Shown piece after piece: positions 41,517 to 51,773 of a stretch of 64,000 nt of DNA. The notes under the pieces are model-generated. The model was not told the DNA's origin and did not search any database. It saw only the letters and a list, made by a program, of their open reading frames with translations. This stretch comes from Pseudomonas aeruginosa PAO1 (lineage in GTDB: Bacteria; Pseudomonadota; Gammaproteobacteria; Pseudomonadales; Pseudomonadaceae). The stretch lies in assembly GCF_000006765.1 (NCBI RefSeq), contig NC_002516.2. One strand, 5' to 3'. The position numbers and the translations under genes were made by a program. Position 1 is the stretch's first letter. The number at the start of each line of letters is the position of its first letter.

Positions 41517-42606
41517 GTTCGGCCCCTCCCCGCCGCCGCGCGGCGCGCTCCAGCAATTGCTCGCGCTGCTCCTCCAGGACCGCCGGCCAGCGCGCGTAGA
41601 CATGCTCGAACAGTGCCTGCGGCGCCTGCGCGGCGAACGTCTCGAAACGCTCCACCGCCTCCTGCACCCGCGCCTGGCACTCGCCCACCAGCGCCTGCTC
41701 GCGCTCCTCGTCCCACTGGCCGCGGCCGGCGAGGAAGGCGCGCAGGCGCTTGATCGGCTCCTCGCGCCAGGCCTGGTTGACCTCCTCGGCGGAACGGTAG
41801 CGGCTGGCGTCGTCGGCCGTGGTGTGGTCGCAGAGGCGATAGCTGATGCACTCCAGCAGGGTCGGCCCCTTGCCCTGGCGCGCGCGCTCCAGGGCCGCGC
41901 GGACGCGTTCGGCGACCGCCAGCACGTCGTTGCCGTCCACCTGTTCGCCGGGGAAGCCGGCACCCACCGCCTTCTCCGCCAGGGTCGGCGCGCCGCACTG
42001 GATGCGCCGCGGCACCGAGATCGCCCACTGGTTGTTGTTGACCACGAAGAGCACCGGCAACTGCCAGGCGCCCGCCACGTTCAGCGCCTCGAGGAAATCG
42101 CCCTTGCTGGTGGCGCCGTCGCCGCAGGTGGTCACCGCCACCCGGTGTTCGCCGCGGATGCGGAACGCCGAGGCGACCCCGCAGGCATGCAGGGCCTGGG
42201 TGGCGATCGGCACGCAAATGGGAAAGTCCTGCGCCGCCAGCGGTTCGGCGTAGTCGCTGCCGCGCTCGTCGCCGCCCCAGTAGAGGAGGATGTCCTCCAT
42301 GCGCACGCCGCGCATCAATTGCACGGCGGTATCGCGGTAATACGGCACCAGCACGTCCTCGGCGCGCATCTGGCTGCCGATGGCCACGCCGATGGCTTCC
42401 TGGCCGAGGGTTGGCGCATAGGTGCCGATCCGCCCGGTACGCTGGAGGGCCACCGCCTTCTGGTCGAACAGGCGGGTCAGGAGCATCTGCCGGTAGAGGC
42501 CGACCAGCGCATCGCTGTCGCCGGCCCAGGCGGGCAACTCGCCGAGGGGCCGACCGTCGCTGTCGAGGTAGCGGGTGAAAGGCGGGTCGATCCGGTTGTG
42601 AACCAT
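41509..42606 (-). CDS. 2-oxoacid dehydrogenase E1 alpha
   Basis: ATG 42606 (365 aa); ThDP motif GDGATSKGDF...NNNQW, HTTADD. Confidence 0.92.
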   Translation of the reverse strand: MVHNRIDPPFTRYLDSDGRPLGELPAWAGDSDALVGLYRQMLLTRLFDQKAVALQRTGRIGTYAPTLGQEAIGVAIGSQMRAEDVLVPYYRDTAVQLMRGVRMEDILLYWGGDERGSDYAEPLAAQDFPICVPIATQALHACGVASAFRIRGEHRVAVTTCGDGATSKGDFLEALNVAGAWQLPVLFVVNNNQWAISVPRRIQCGAPTLAEKAVGAGFPGEQVDGNDVLAVAERVRAALERARQGKGPTLLECISYRLCDHTTADDASRYRSAEEVNQAWREEPIKRLRAFLAGRGQWDEEREQALVGECQARVQEAVERFETFAAQAPQALFEHVYARWPAVLEEQREQLLERAARRRGGAEHE

Positions 42607-42747
42607 CGCAAACCTCCTCCGCACGCCGGGTAGGCGTGCCGCTCAGGGTCGCGCCGCGGGTGGCGGCGTGCACGCGCGGCGCGGCGGGGGTGGCCCGCAC
42701 TGCCGCTGGCGAGGCCCGCTGGCGGCCTCGCCGGAAACGCCGGCCCG

Positions 42748-43773
42748 TCACTGCGGGCCGTAGAGAATCCGTTCCGCCAGACGGTCGGCGATCCGCGCCG
42801 GCGACTGGTGGTCGGCCTGGGCATGGGCATAGATCTCGGTGAGCCGCGCGGGAATCCGCGCCAGGTGCGCGGTGATGCTGTGCGGATCGGCGCCGCGGTG
42901 CTTGAGGGCGACGTAGATCAGGCCGCCGGAGTTGATCACGTAGTCCGGCGCATAGAGGATGCCGCGCGCCTCCAGCTCGTCGGCGACCTCCGGCCGCTCC
43001 AACTGGTTGTTCGCCGCCCCGGCCACCGCCGCGCAGCGCAACTGGCTGACGCTCTGGCTGGTGAGCACGCCGCCCAGGCCGCAGGGCGCGAGGATGTCGC
43101 AAGGGGTGGAGAGCAATGCCTCCGGCGCCAGCGGATGGGCACCGAGCTGCTCGACGGCCAGTTGCACCCGGCCGGGATCGAGGTCGCAGACCAGCAGCTC
43201 GGCGCCGACCGCCGCCAGTTGCTCGGCCAATGCGTAGCCGACGTGGCCGAGCCCCTGCACCGCGACCCGCAGGCCTTCCAGGTCGTCGCTGCCGAGGCGC
43301 GCCTGGGCGCTGGCGCGAATCCCGGCGAACACGCCGAGGGCGGTATGCGGCGAGGGGTCGCCGGCCTGGGTGGTGCTGGTGACGTGGCGGGTCTGCTGGG
43401 CGATGCAGTCCATGTCGGCGCTGGAGGTACCGCTGTCCACCGCAGTGATGTAGCGTCCGCCGAGGCTTTCGATGAAGCGCCCGAAGGCCTCGAACAGCGC
43501 GCCGCGATTGTCCAGGTGCGGCGGGCGGATGATCACCGCCTTGCCGCCGCCCTGCTCCAGCCCGGCCAGGGCCGCCTTGTAGCTCATGCCCTGGGCCAGG
43601 CGGATGGCGTCGCCGATGGCGGCTTCGTCGTTGGGGTAAGGCAGGTAGCGACAACCACCCAGCGCCGGGCCGAGTCGCGTGCTGTGGATGGCGATAATGG
43701 CCTTGAGTCCCGTGGCCGGGTCTTGGGCGAGGTGGAGACCCTCGAGCCGGGCCGCGTCCATCATGTCGAACAT
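42748..43773 (-). CDS. ldh: Leucine (Glu/Leu/Phe/Val family) dehydrogenase
   Basis: ATG 43773 (341 aa); ALGGCR, GGGKAV, QGLGHVG, APDYVINSGG. Confidence 0.9.
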   Translation of the reverse strand: MFDMMDAARLEGLHLAQDPATGLKAIIAIHSTRLGPALGGCRYLPYPNDEAAIGDAIRLAQGMSYKAALAGLEQGGGKAVIIRPPHLDNRGALFEAFGRFIESLGGRYITAVDSGTSSADMDCIAQQTRHVTSTTQAGDPSPHTALGVFAGIRASAQARLGSDDLEGLRVAVQGLGHVGYALAEQLAAVGAELLVCDLDPGRVQLAVEQLGAHPLAPEALLSTPCDILAPCGLGGVLTSQSVSQLRCAAVAGAANNQLERPEVADELEARGILYAPDYVINSGGLIYVALKHRGADPHSITAHLARIPARLTEIYAHAQADHQSPARIADRLAERILYGPQ

Positions 43774-44018
43774 GCTGGGGCTCCCCTGCTTGCTGCTTGT
43801 TGTCCGGGCCGGGCCGTTGCCGCCCGGCACCTTCAGTATAGGCAGGCGTCGGCGAAACGCCCGCAAGGCCGACGACCAGGCGGCGGCGCTCGCCGAGCCG
43901 GGTACTGGACGAAGCTTCGGCGGACGGTTACAACCTTGGGGTCCGCCCGCTCGAAACCGGCCCCGGCGTGCTCCGAACGGCCCGTCCGCAGCGATCCAGG
44001 CGCACCAGGAGGAAAGCC

Positions 44019-44831
44019 ATGGACCCGCGTCAAGCCTGCCTCGATTGTCTCGCCCAGGAACCGCCAGCGCTGTTCGAGGCGGCCCTGTGGATCGCCGCGG
44101 AGCACCTCCCGGCGTATTCGCCCGCCCACGCCCTGCGCGAGCTCGACGAACTCGTCCGGCAGATCGGCGCCAGCCTGGACGACCGCGCCTCGGCCAGCGA
44201 GCGCGCCCAGGGGTTGCTGCGGCGAATGAGCGAACAGGGTTTCTGCGAAGACGACGACTTCCCCCTGCAACCGCGCTCGGCCCTGCTCCCGCTGGTGCTG
44301 CAGCGGCGCCAGGGACAGCCGTTGTCGCTGGCGCTGGTGGCCATGGAACTGGCGCGGCGGCTGGACATTCCGCTGGTCGGAGTGAACTTCCCGGGACGCT
44401 TCCTGCTGCGCGTGCCGCAGGCCGACCATCTGCTCGACCCGGCCACCGGGCGACGCCTCTATACCCCCGACTGCCGCGAACTGCTGCTGCGCCTGCAAGG
44501 GCCGAAGAGCGAACTGCAAGCCGCCTACCTGAAGCAGGCCTCTCCCGGGGAAATCCTCCAGCGTCTGTCGCGCAACCTGCGACAACTGCACAGCGCCGCC
44601 GGCGAGCCGCTGGCCGCGCTGAAGGATGCCCAGCGGGTGATCGAACTCGGCCCGGTGGGCGCCGCCGACCACGAGGCCCGCGCCGGCCTCTATCGGCAAC
44701 TGGATTGCCCGCAGGCGGAACGCTACGACCTGGAACGCGCGCTCTTGCTCAGCGACGATCCCACCGAGCAACTGCGCCTCGGCCAGCGCCTGGGCGAACT
44801 CGCCCCGCCGACCAGCCGCGCCCTGCACTGA
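44019..44831 (+). CDS. SirB1-family (transglutaminase-like + TPR) protein
   Basis: ATG 44019 after AGGAGG (270 aa); RRQGQPLSL, GVNFPGRFLL, ILQRLSRNL. Confidence 0.8.
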   Translation: MDPRQACLDCLAQEPPALFEAALWIAAEHLPAYSPAHALRELDELVRQIGASLDDRASASERAQGLLRRMSEQGFCEDDDFPLQPRSALLPLVLQRRQGQPLSLALVAMELARRLDIPLVGVNFPGRFLLRVPQADHLLDPATGRRLYTPDCRELLLRLQGPKSELQAAYLKQASPGEILQRLSRNLRQLHSAAGEPLAALKDAQRVIELGPVGAADHEARAGLYRQLDCPQAERYDLERALLLSDDPTEQLRLGQRLGELAPPTSRALH

Positions 44832-44837
44832 GGCCGC

Positions 44838-47321
44838 TCAGGCGAGCAGGCCGAGGGCCTTGGCCCGCGCCACCGCCTGGGTCCGGCGGGCCACCCCGAG
44901 CTTGCCGTTGATCCGCCGGGCGTGGGTCTTCACCGTGTGCAGGGAAATGAACAGTTGCTCGCCGATCTCCTGGTTGGAGCAGCCCTGGGCGATCAGGCCG
45001 AGCACCGCCAGCTCCCGACAACTGAGCGGACTGAGCCCCTCCTCTTCTTCCCCCGGCAGGGCGGCGAACAGTTGCGGCTGGCGATCCCGCAGTCGCCGCT
45101 GCGGCAGTTGCAGGCCTAGCCGCTCCGCCAGCTCCAGGCCGCTGCGCAGGGTCTGCTGGGCCTGGGGCAATTGTCCGGAGAGGAACTGGCACTCGGCGAT
45201 ACCCATGCGCACTTCGCAAAGCAGCGTCTGCCGCCCCTGCGCCTCGAGAATGGCGAGCAGCCCGCGCAGCCGCGCTTCGGCGGCGGCTGCCTCGCCGCTG
45301 TAGAGTTCGGCCAGTGCCAATTGGTGCTCTACCCGCGCTTCCAGCTCCGGTTCGGAGGGCGGCGACAGGCGCGCCCGTCCCGGCTGGAAGTAGGCGCGGA
45401 CCCGCAGCAGGATCTCCCGCGCCTGCGCCGGCCTTCCCTGCTGCAGGGTCAGGGCGGAGCTGACCAGCAGCAGCGCGCCGCGATACAGCGGATCGGGGAC
45501 ATGGCGCTGCTGCATCAGCCGCTCGACCTCCAGCAGGCGGTTGAACGCCGCGTCCAGGTCGCCCTGCCCGGCTTCCAGCAAGGCCAGTCCCAGGTAGCCG
45601 TAGAGCGCCCAGGGATCGAGATTCTCCCGTGCCTGCTCCAGCCCCAGCCGATACCAGTGCCCGGCCTCGACCTCGCGGCCCTGCTGCAAGCACAGGCGCG
45701 CGCGGCGCAGGGCGATCCGGCCGAGCATCGGGCTGCCCTGCTGGCCGAGGTCCTCCAGGTAGCGCTGGGCGCGATCGAGGACGCCTTCCGCGCGCAGCAG
45801 TTCGCCGCGCTGCTCCAGCCACTGCGCCCGCTCCAGTTCGATCAACGCCTCGAAGATCAGGCTGTCGTGCTCGCGCGCCAGGCGCAAGGCATCGCGGCCG
45901 ATCAACCGCGCCTGGTCCATCCGCCCCTCGATCATCGCCAGTTGCATCAGCGCCGAGCGGCAGATCAGTCCCTGCGACCAGGCGTCCTCCGGCAGTTGCT
46001 CCAGCGCCTCGCGCAGGTAGTCGGCGGCGCCGCGCTCGCCGCGGCAGTGCAGGAGGATCCCGAACAAGCCCTGCCATTGCGCCAGCAGCACCCGCTGGCG
46101 GGACGCCGAGGGCATCGGCAGGAAGCGCGCCAACTGGCCGATGCAGTCCTCGGCTTCGGCCAGGCGTCCGGCGTAGAGCAGCGTCCAGGCATTCAGGATC
46201 ACCAGGCGCGGCGTGCTGGCCAGCAGCGCCGCCGGCAGTTCGTCGCGCAGGGCCAGGACCATGCCGATGTTGTGGCCGTGCAGCAATTGCTCCTCGGTGA
46301 GCTTCTGCAACAATCCGGCGGCGGTTTCCGGTTCGTCGGCGGCCAGCGCCTGGTCGACCGCCTCGCGGGTCTCGCCGTGTTCGGCGAACCATTCGCAGGC
46401 TTCCCGGTGGAAGTCCCGCTGCGGGCGCTGTGGCGCTTCGCGCCAGGCCTCGCGGATCGCCGGCGGCAGGCTGTAGCGCTGGTTCGCATCGGCCAGCAGG
46501 GGGAAGCCCCGCGCCAACAGGTCGTCCAGCCCGTGGGGCAGCTCCTCGAACAGCCGGCGGAACAGCTCCAGACCGACTTGCGGCAGCCAGGCCAGGGCAC
46601 GCGCGGCGTCGGCCAGCGGCGGCGGCAGCTCGTCGAGCAACTCGTGCTGGAGGTATTCCTGCAACAACGGTCCGGCCGTCTCTTCGCCGACCAGCAGGCG
46701 CAAGCGCAACGCGGCGCACCAACCGCCGCTGCGTTCCAGCAGTGTCCCGGCCGTAGCGGCATCGGCGCTGCGCCCGTGCAGGCGGAGCAGTTCGGCGACC
46801 TCGTCGGCATCGAACGCCAGCAGGCCGCCGTCGACCTCCAGCAACTCCCCTTCCAGCAGCAACCGCGCCAGGTTGCACTGCGGCCGCCGCCGGCTCGCCA
46901 GCCACCAGCCCACCCGTGGCGAGGCCGCGCTCAACAGGCGATCGAGGCAGGCGTCGAGGGCGGGGTCGGGGTGCCGTGGGTAATCGTCGAGCAGCAGCCA
47001 CAGCGCGGATGCGTTGCGCAGCCGCCGGCACAGTTGTGCTTCGTCGCTGTCCTCGGGCAAGCCGAGGGCGCCGGCCAGGCGGCGGCGGAAGGTCGCGGGG
47101 TCCAGCGCTTCCCCGCCCAGCGCCAGCCAGACCACCTGCACGCCAGGCGGCGCCCGCCGCGCGCATTCTCCGAGGAGGACGGTCTTGCCGCTGCCGGCGG
47201 GCGCGCAGAGCAGTCGCAGGCGGCATTCGCCGCGCAGCAGCGGCTGGTGCAAACGGGGCCGCGGCAGGTGCTGCGGCGGCAGCCGCGGCAAGGCGGCGGG
47301 CAGCTCGGTCGGCTCGGTCAT
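44838..47321 (-). CDS. MalT-like LuxR-family regulator (STAND ATPase + HTH)
   Basis: 827 aa; APAGSGKT, LLLDD, C-terminal LSCRELAVL...SNQEIGEQLFISLHTVKTH. Confidence 0.88.
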   Translation of the reverse strand: MTEPTELPAALPRLPPQHLPRPRLHQPLLRGECRLRLLCAPAGSGKTVLLGECARRAPPGVQVVWLALGGEALDPATFRRRLAGALGLPEDSDEAQLCRRLRNASALWLLLDDYPRHPDPALDACLDRLLSAASPRVGWWLASRRRPQCNLARLLLEGELLEVDGGLLAFDADEVAELLRLHGRSADAATAGTLLERSGGWCAALRLRLLVGEETAGPLLQEYLQHELLDELPPPLADAARALAWLPQVGLELFRRLFEELPHGLDDLLARGFPLLADANQRYSLPPAIREAWREAPQRPQRDFHREACEWFAEHGETREAVDQALAADEPETAAGLLQKLTEEQLLHGHNIGMVLALRDELPAALLASTPRLVILNAWTLLYAGRLAEAEDCIGQLARFLPMPSASRQRVLLAQWQGLFGILLHCRGERGAADYLREALEQLPEDAWSQGLICRSALMQLAMIEGRMDQARLIGRDALRLAREHDSLIFEALIELERAQWLEQRGELLRAEGVLDRAQRYLEDLGQQGSPMLGRIALRRARLCLQQGREVEAGHWYRLGLEQARENLDPWALYGYLGLALLEAGQGDLDAAFNRLLEVERLMQQRHVPDPLYRGALLLVSSALTLQQGRPAQAREILLRVRAYFQPGRARLSPPSEPELEARVEHQLALAELYSGEAAAAEARLRGLLAILEAQGRQTLLCEVRMGIAECQFLSGQLPQAQQTLRSGLELAERLGLQLPQRRLRDRQPQLFAALPGEEEEGLSPLSCRELAVLGLIAQGCSNQEIGEQLFISLHTVKTHARRINGKLGVARRTQAVARAKALGLLA

Positions 47322-47422
47322 GGCAGTGCTCTTGTTCTGTCGAAGCGCCTTGCCGGGAGCCTAGACCGCGCCTGCCCCGCTGCTGAACGATGATTGCGCC
47401 GGGTGATGGGCCGTCATAACGC

Positions 47423-47454
47423 ACGAGCGCGTCGGCACAAGCCGACGCGCTCGT
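47423..47454. other. Strong intergenic hairpin
   Basis: ACGAGCGCGTCGGC-ACAA-GCCGACGCGCTCGT, 14-bp perfect stem, no U-tract. Confidence 0.6.
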
Positions 47455-47470
47455 CGCGACTGGCCGGGAC

Positions 47471-48841
47471 TCAGCGTACCCCGGCGTTGCGCAGGGCGGC
47501 CGGCGTGTAGTCGGCGGACGAGGCCTTGAAGCCGAACTCGTAGCCGCGCTTCTCCTCGTTGTTCATGCCCAGCGCCAGGTAGCGACCGGCGATCACGTCG
47601 TAGAGCGCCTCCAGGGTGTAGCCGGCGACCTTCTGGTCGTAGTGGTACTGCGCGTGGCCCTCGCCGACCCGCCAGAGCTGGCCGCGACCGTCGTAGTGGT
47701 CGACCAGGGCGATCTGCCAGCTGTCCTCGTCGATGTACATGTGGCGCTTGGCGTAGATGTGCCGCTCGCCCGGCTTCACCGTGCCGACCACTTCCCACAC
47801 CCGGTGCAGCTCGTAGCGGGTCAGGTCCTGGTTGATGTGCCCGGCCTTGATGATGTCGCTGTACTTCAGGGTCGGGTCGTTGAGCTTGTAGGCGTTGTAG
47901 GGGATGTACATCTCGCGCTTGCCGACCAGCTTCCAGTCGTAGCGGTCCGGGGCGCCGGAGAACATGTCGAAGTTATCCGAGGTGCGCAGGCCGTCGGCGG
48001 CGGTGCCCGGGCCATCGTAGGCCACCTGCGGGGCGCGCCGCACGCGGCGCTGGCCGGCGTTGTAGACCCAGGCCAGGCGCGGCTCCTTGACCTGGTCGAG
48101 GGTCTCGTGGACCAGCAGCACGTTGCCCGCCAGGCGCGCCGGCGCGGTCACCTGCTGCTTGAAGAAGGTGAGGATGTTGGCCGCCTTGCTCTGGTCGAGG
48201 TCGGGCATGTTCTGCGGGAATGCCACCGACTCCTCGAAGCGGATCGGCGTGAAGCTGCCGTTGGTCTGCGGGGTGGCCTGGACGATGGTGCGCTTGAGGT
48301 TGCCGCCGCGGTAGCGGGTGATGTGGTTCCAGAGCACTTCGACACCGTTCTTCGGGATCGGGAAGGCGTAGTAGCGGCTCTTCTCGAAATTCGACAGGCC
48401 GTTGCCGTCGTTGATCGGCTGCACGTTCAGCGCGCTCTGCTTGACCGCCTCGTCGATCTCGGCCGGCAGGGCCACCGTGCGATGGGTCTTGTACACCGGG
48501 ATCCGGTAGGTTTCCGGGTAGCGCTTGAACATCGCCAACTGGCCGTCGGAGAGCTTGTCCTTGTATTGCTCGACGTTCTGCGCGGTGATGGTGAACAGCG
48601 GCTTCTCGTCGGCAAAGGGATCGGAAAGGAAGCCCTTGCCATCGACCTTGCCGGCGCTGGCCGCGAGGCCGCCGGTCCAGGCCGGGATGCTGCCGTCGGC
48701 GTTGCCTTCCTTCTGCGCGCCGATGGGGGTCAGGCTGCTGCCGAGCTTGGCGGCCTCGTCGGGCGAAACCGCCGCCGTCACCGAACCGGCCAGCAGGCTG
48801 AGGGCCAGCGCCCCGGAGGACAGGAGTCGTGCTGTTTTCAT
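47471..48841 (-). CDS. DUF1329-family periplasmic protein
   Basis: 456 aa; LTPIGAQKEGNADGSIPAWTGG, GQRRVRRAP, DEDSW. Confidence 0.85.
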   Translation of the reverse strand: MKTARLLSSGALALSLLAGSVTAAVSPDEAAKLGSSLTPIGAQKEGNADGSIPAWTGGLAASAGKVDGKGFLSDPFADEKPLFTITAQNVEQYKDKLSDGQLAMFKRYPETYRIPVYKTHRTVALPAEIDEAVKQSALNVQPINDGNGLSNFEKSRYYAFPIPKNGVEVLWNHITRYRGGNLKRTIVQATPQTNGSFTPIRFEESVAFPQNMPDLDQSKAANILTFFKQQVTAPARLAGNVLLVHETLDQVKEPRLAWVYNAGQRRVRRAPQVAYDGPGTAADGLRTSDNFDMFSGAPDRYDWKLVGKREMYIPYNAYKLNDPTLKYSDIIKAGHINQDLTRYELHRVWEVVGTVKPGERHIYAKRHMYIDEDSWQIALVDHYDGRGQLWRVGEGHAQYHYDQKVAGYTLEALYDVIAGRYLALGMNNEEKRGYEFGFKASSADYTPAALRNAGVR

Positions 48842-48897
48842 GCGTCGTTATCCTTGTTCGTATCCGCGAAAGCGGCCGCCCCGAGGGGCGGCGGACC

Positions 48898-50655
48898 TCA
48901 GAAGTTCACCCCGAAGCTCACCGCGAGGAAGTCGCGGTCGTTGATCGGGTTGTAGTTGCCGCCGAAGAAGTCGGTGTAGCTGATGCTGGCGGTATAGGTG
49001 TTCTGGTAGTCGGCATCGAGGCCGACGCTGACGGCCTTGGCGCCCTCGCTGAAGTTCGGCCCGTAGCCCTCGACGTCGTGCGACCAGGCCAGGTTCGGCT
49101 TCAGGTTGACCCCGGCGAACACGTTGGGATATTCGAGGATCCCACGCAGGCGGTAGCCCCACGAGTTGCGGGTGTAGAAGCCGTGGCTGTTGCACTCCTG
49201 CGGGTTGGCCACGTTGAGCGCGCCGGTGCACAAGGCGTTGTTCGGCAGTTCGCCGATGCCGTAGATGGCGTCGCGGCCGTAGCGCAGGTCGTCGCCGTCG
49301 ACCCCGCTGAGGTGGTTGTAGCCGACTTCGCCGACCACGGTCAGGCGGTCGGCCGCCAGTACCCGGTCGAAGAACTGGGTGACGGTCACCTGTGCCTGGG
49401 TCACCGGCTTGCGCACGTAGCCGTTGATCACCTCGCCGGCGCGCGGGGTGGCGAAGCCGCTGTCGTAGATCGGGTTGCCGAACAGGGTGGTCGGGTAGAT
49501 CGCGGCGATCGACATGTCGGTGCTGTTGATTTGTAGCGGCATGTTCGGCCGGTAGCTCAGCTCGCCGGCCACCGAGGTGCTGCCGATGTTGGTCTGGAAG
49601 CTCAGGCCGTAGAGGCGGATGTCCTCGGGATAGTCGATGAAGTAATAGCCGGTGGAGCGCCCGGTGACCGGGTCGGAGGTGGCCAGGCCGTTGCCGGCGA
49701 TCACACTGTAGTACGGGTTGCGACTGTGGTAGTTCATCGCGTACAGGCCGAACTCGGTGTCGTTCAGCTCCGCCGCGTACCAACGCAGGGCCAGGCCCCA
49801 CTGGCCGCTGTCGCGGGCATCGCGATCGCCGGCGCGCGGCAGATAGCGGTAGCCGTTGGCCGGGTTCGGGTCGAAGTCGCTGCCGGCATAGACCATCCGC
49901 TCGCAGCCATCGGCGACCACGTCGGTGGTGGAGAAGAAGGTGCCGCAGTTGTCGATCACCGTCTGGTCCCACTCCAACTGGTAGAAGCCTTCGACGGTCA
50001 GCGCGTCGCTGATGCCCTGGGACAGGTAGAGCATGTTCACCGGGATCAGGCCTTCCTTGATCTCCGCGCCGGGCCGGCGGAACGCGGCGACGTCCATCGG
50101 GTTGATGCTGTTGATCGAGTTCTGGATGAACGTGCTCTCGCCCCAGCTCACCACCTGCTTGCCGACCCGCACGCTGCCGGGCAGGTCGCCGATGCTGTAG
50201 TTGTGGTAGAGGAAGGCATCGAGCAGCTGCGCCCCGGAAGACTTGGCGCCCTCCTTGCGATTGTGGTCGTCGATGTCGTAGAGCAGGCGGTGTTCGTCCT
50301 TCAGCTCGAAGTCGTACCAGTACTTGCCACGGAAGAACGCGCCGGTGTCGCCGTACTTGAGTTCCAGATCGTGGATGCCCTTGAAGATCTTCGAGAAGGT
50401 TTCGCCCTTCTTGAAGTTCAGCCGGCCGTCGTCGGAGGTCTGCGACGAGGCGTGGCCGCCGTTGCGGGTGCCGATGTAGTCCTTGTCGGCGGAACGCATG
50501 GACCAGCTGGCCCCCACCGACAGCGACGAGTCGAATTGCCCTTCGATCTCCCCGATGTTGAATGACACGGCCGAGGCCTGGGTGGCGCAACCCAGGGCTG
50601 TGGCCGCAGCGAGTGCGTGCAGAGGGAAGATTCCGCGCCTTTTTGTTGTTGTCAT
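48898..50655 (-). CDS. DUF1302-family outer membrane beta-barrel
   Basis: 585 aa; signal peptide, SDDGRLNF, RVGKQVVSWGES, terminal DRDFLAVSFGVNF. Confidence 0.85.
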   Translation of the reverse strand: MTTTKRRGIFPLHALAAATALGCATQASAVSFNIGEIEGQFDSSLSVGASWSMRSADKDYIGTRNGGHASSQTSDDGRLNFKKGETFSKIFKGIHDLELKYGDTGAFFRGKYWYDFELKDEHRLLYDIDDHNRKEGAKSSGAQLLDAFLYHNYSIGDLPGSVRVGKQVVSWGESTFIQNSINSINPMDVAAFRRPGAEIKEGLIPVNMLYLSQGISDALTVEGFYQLEWDQTVIDNCGTFFSTTDVVADGCERMVYAGSDFDPNPANGYRYLPRAGDRDARDSGQWGLALRWYAAELNDTEFGLYAMNYHSRNPYYSVIAGNGLATSDPVTGRSTGYYFIDYPEDIRLYGLSFQTNIGSTSVAGELSYRPNMPLQINSTDMSIAAIYPTTLFGNPIYDSGFATPRAGEVINGYVRKPVTQAQVTVTQFFDRVLAADRLTVVGEVGYNHLSGVDGDDLRYGRDAIYGIGELPNNALCTGALNVANPQECNSHGFYTRNSWGYRLRGILEYPNVFAGVNLKPNLAWSHDVEGYGPNFSEGAKAVSVGLDADYQNTYTASISYTDFFGGNYNPINDRDFLAVSFGVNF

Positions 50656-50876
50656 GCGGCTCTCCTGACAGGGTCGAGGTGGCTACACCCTACCCAGCGG
50701 CCCGAACGGCGGTAAGCGCACCAAGGAGGTATTCCGGCTGTCGCCCGAAAGAGTGAACAGGGGCCCTGGAAAGCGCCTCGGCGAACGCCATATGCAGGAT
50801 GGATACGCCGTCATCCAGTGCATGGATGACAGCGCGGCACTGTTCCGCCGGCGGCGGCGATGGCATCCTTCGCTGC

Positions 50877-51683
50877 ATGCAGCCCGAACAGACCATTCCC
50901 GCCGACCGCGATCTCGCCGACGCCACCCGCGAGACGGTCATGCGTTATCACCTCAGCTGGAAGCACCGCGACATCGACGCGGTGATGGCGCTCTATCATC
51001 CCGAGGTCGAATACAACGACTTCTTCCAGAACCGCCGGATGCGCCTGGCCGATCTCCGCGAGTACGTCGAGGCGACCATGCCCAAGGGCCCCGACGAGTC
51101 GCTGGAGCACACCGACCGTATCCGCTTCGACGGCGATACCGCCTTCATCCAGTACCGCCTGCGGGTGACCCTCAGCGGCCGCCTGGCTTCGTTCCGCGCC
51201 AGCGAGGCGATCACCGTGCGCGACGGCCTGATCTGGCGCATCAACGAATACGCCTCGCTGGTCCACGAAAGCGGCGGCGGAGCCCAGGCCGGCGGCGACG
51301 GCCGGCCGCCGGCCAGCCGCCTGGGGCTTTCGGCCAAGCAGCTGAGCCTGCTGGCACGCGACCTGGAGCACTACTTCCAGCAGGCCCAGCCCTATCTCGA
51401 TCCGGACCTGGACCTGACCCAGGTGGCCAATGCCACCGGCTATACGCGCAACCAGATTTCCTACCTGCTCAACCAGGTGCTCGGCCTGAGCTTCTACCAG
51501 TACGTCAACCAGACCCGCCTGCAACACCTGCTCGGCCAGCTTTCCGGCGAGCTGCCCGGACGGGTCGACGAACTGGCCTTCGCCGCCGGCTTCAATTCGC
51601 TGTCGGCCTTCTACCGCTGCTTCCGCCAGCACACCGGCCAGTCTCCGCGCGAATACCTGAAGCGCCTGTCGTCGCGCCGCTGA
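50877..51683 (+). CDS. AraC-family regulator with N-terminal SnoaL/NTF2-like domain
   Basis: Start uncertain (50799-50877); YHLSWKHRDIDAVMALY NTF2-like segment; AGFNSLSAFYRCFRQHTGQSP HTH. Confidence 0.8.
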   Translation: MQPEQTIPADRDLADATRETVMRYHLSWKHRDIDAVMALYHPEVEYNDFFQNRRMRLADLREYVEATMPKGPDESLEHTDRIRFDGDTAFIQYRLRVTLSGRLASFRASEAITVRDGLIWRINEYASLVHESGGGAQAGGDGRPPASRLGLSAKQLSLLARDLEHYFQQAQPYLDPDLDLTQVANATGYTRNQISYLLNQVLGLSFYQYVNQTRLQHLLGQLSGELPGRVDELAFAAGFNSLSAFYRCFRQHTGQSPREYLKRLSSRR

Positions 51684-51773
51684 GATTTCCCAGCGGACCC
51701 GCGCGCACGACAGGCGCACGGCATCTTCCTACTCTCGCCGCATTCCCCCTTCCCTCTCGCTATGGAGCCCTCT

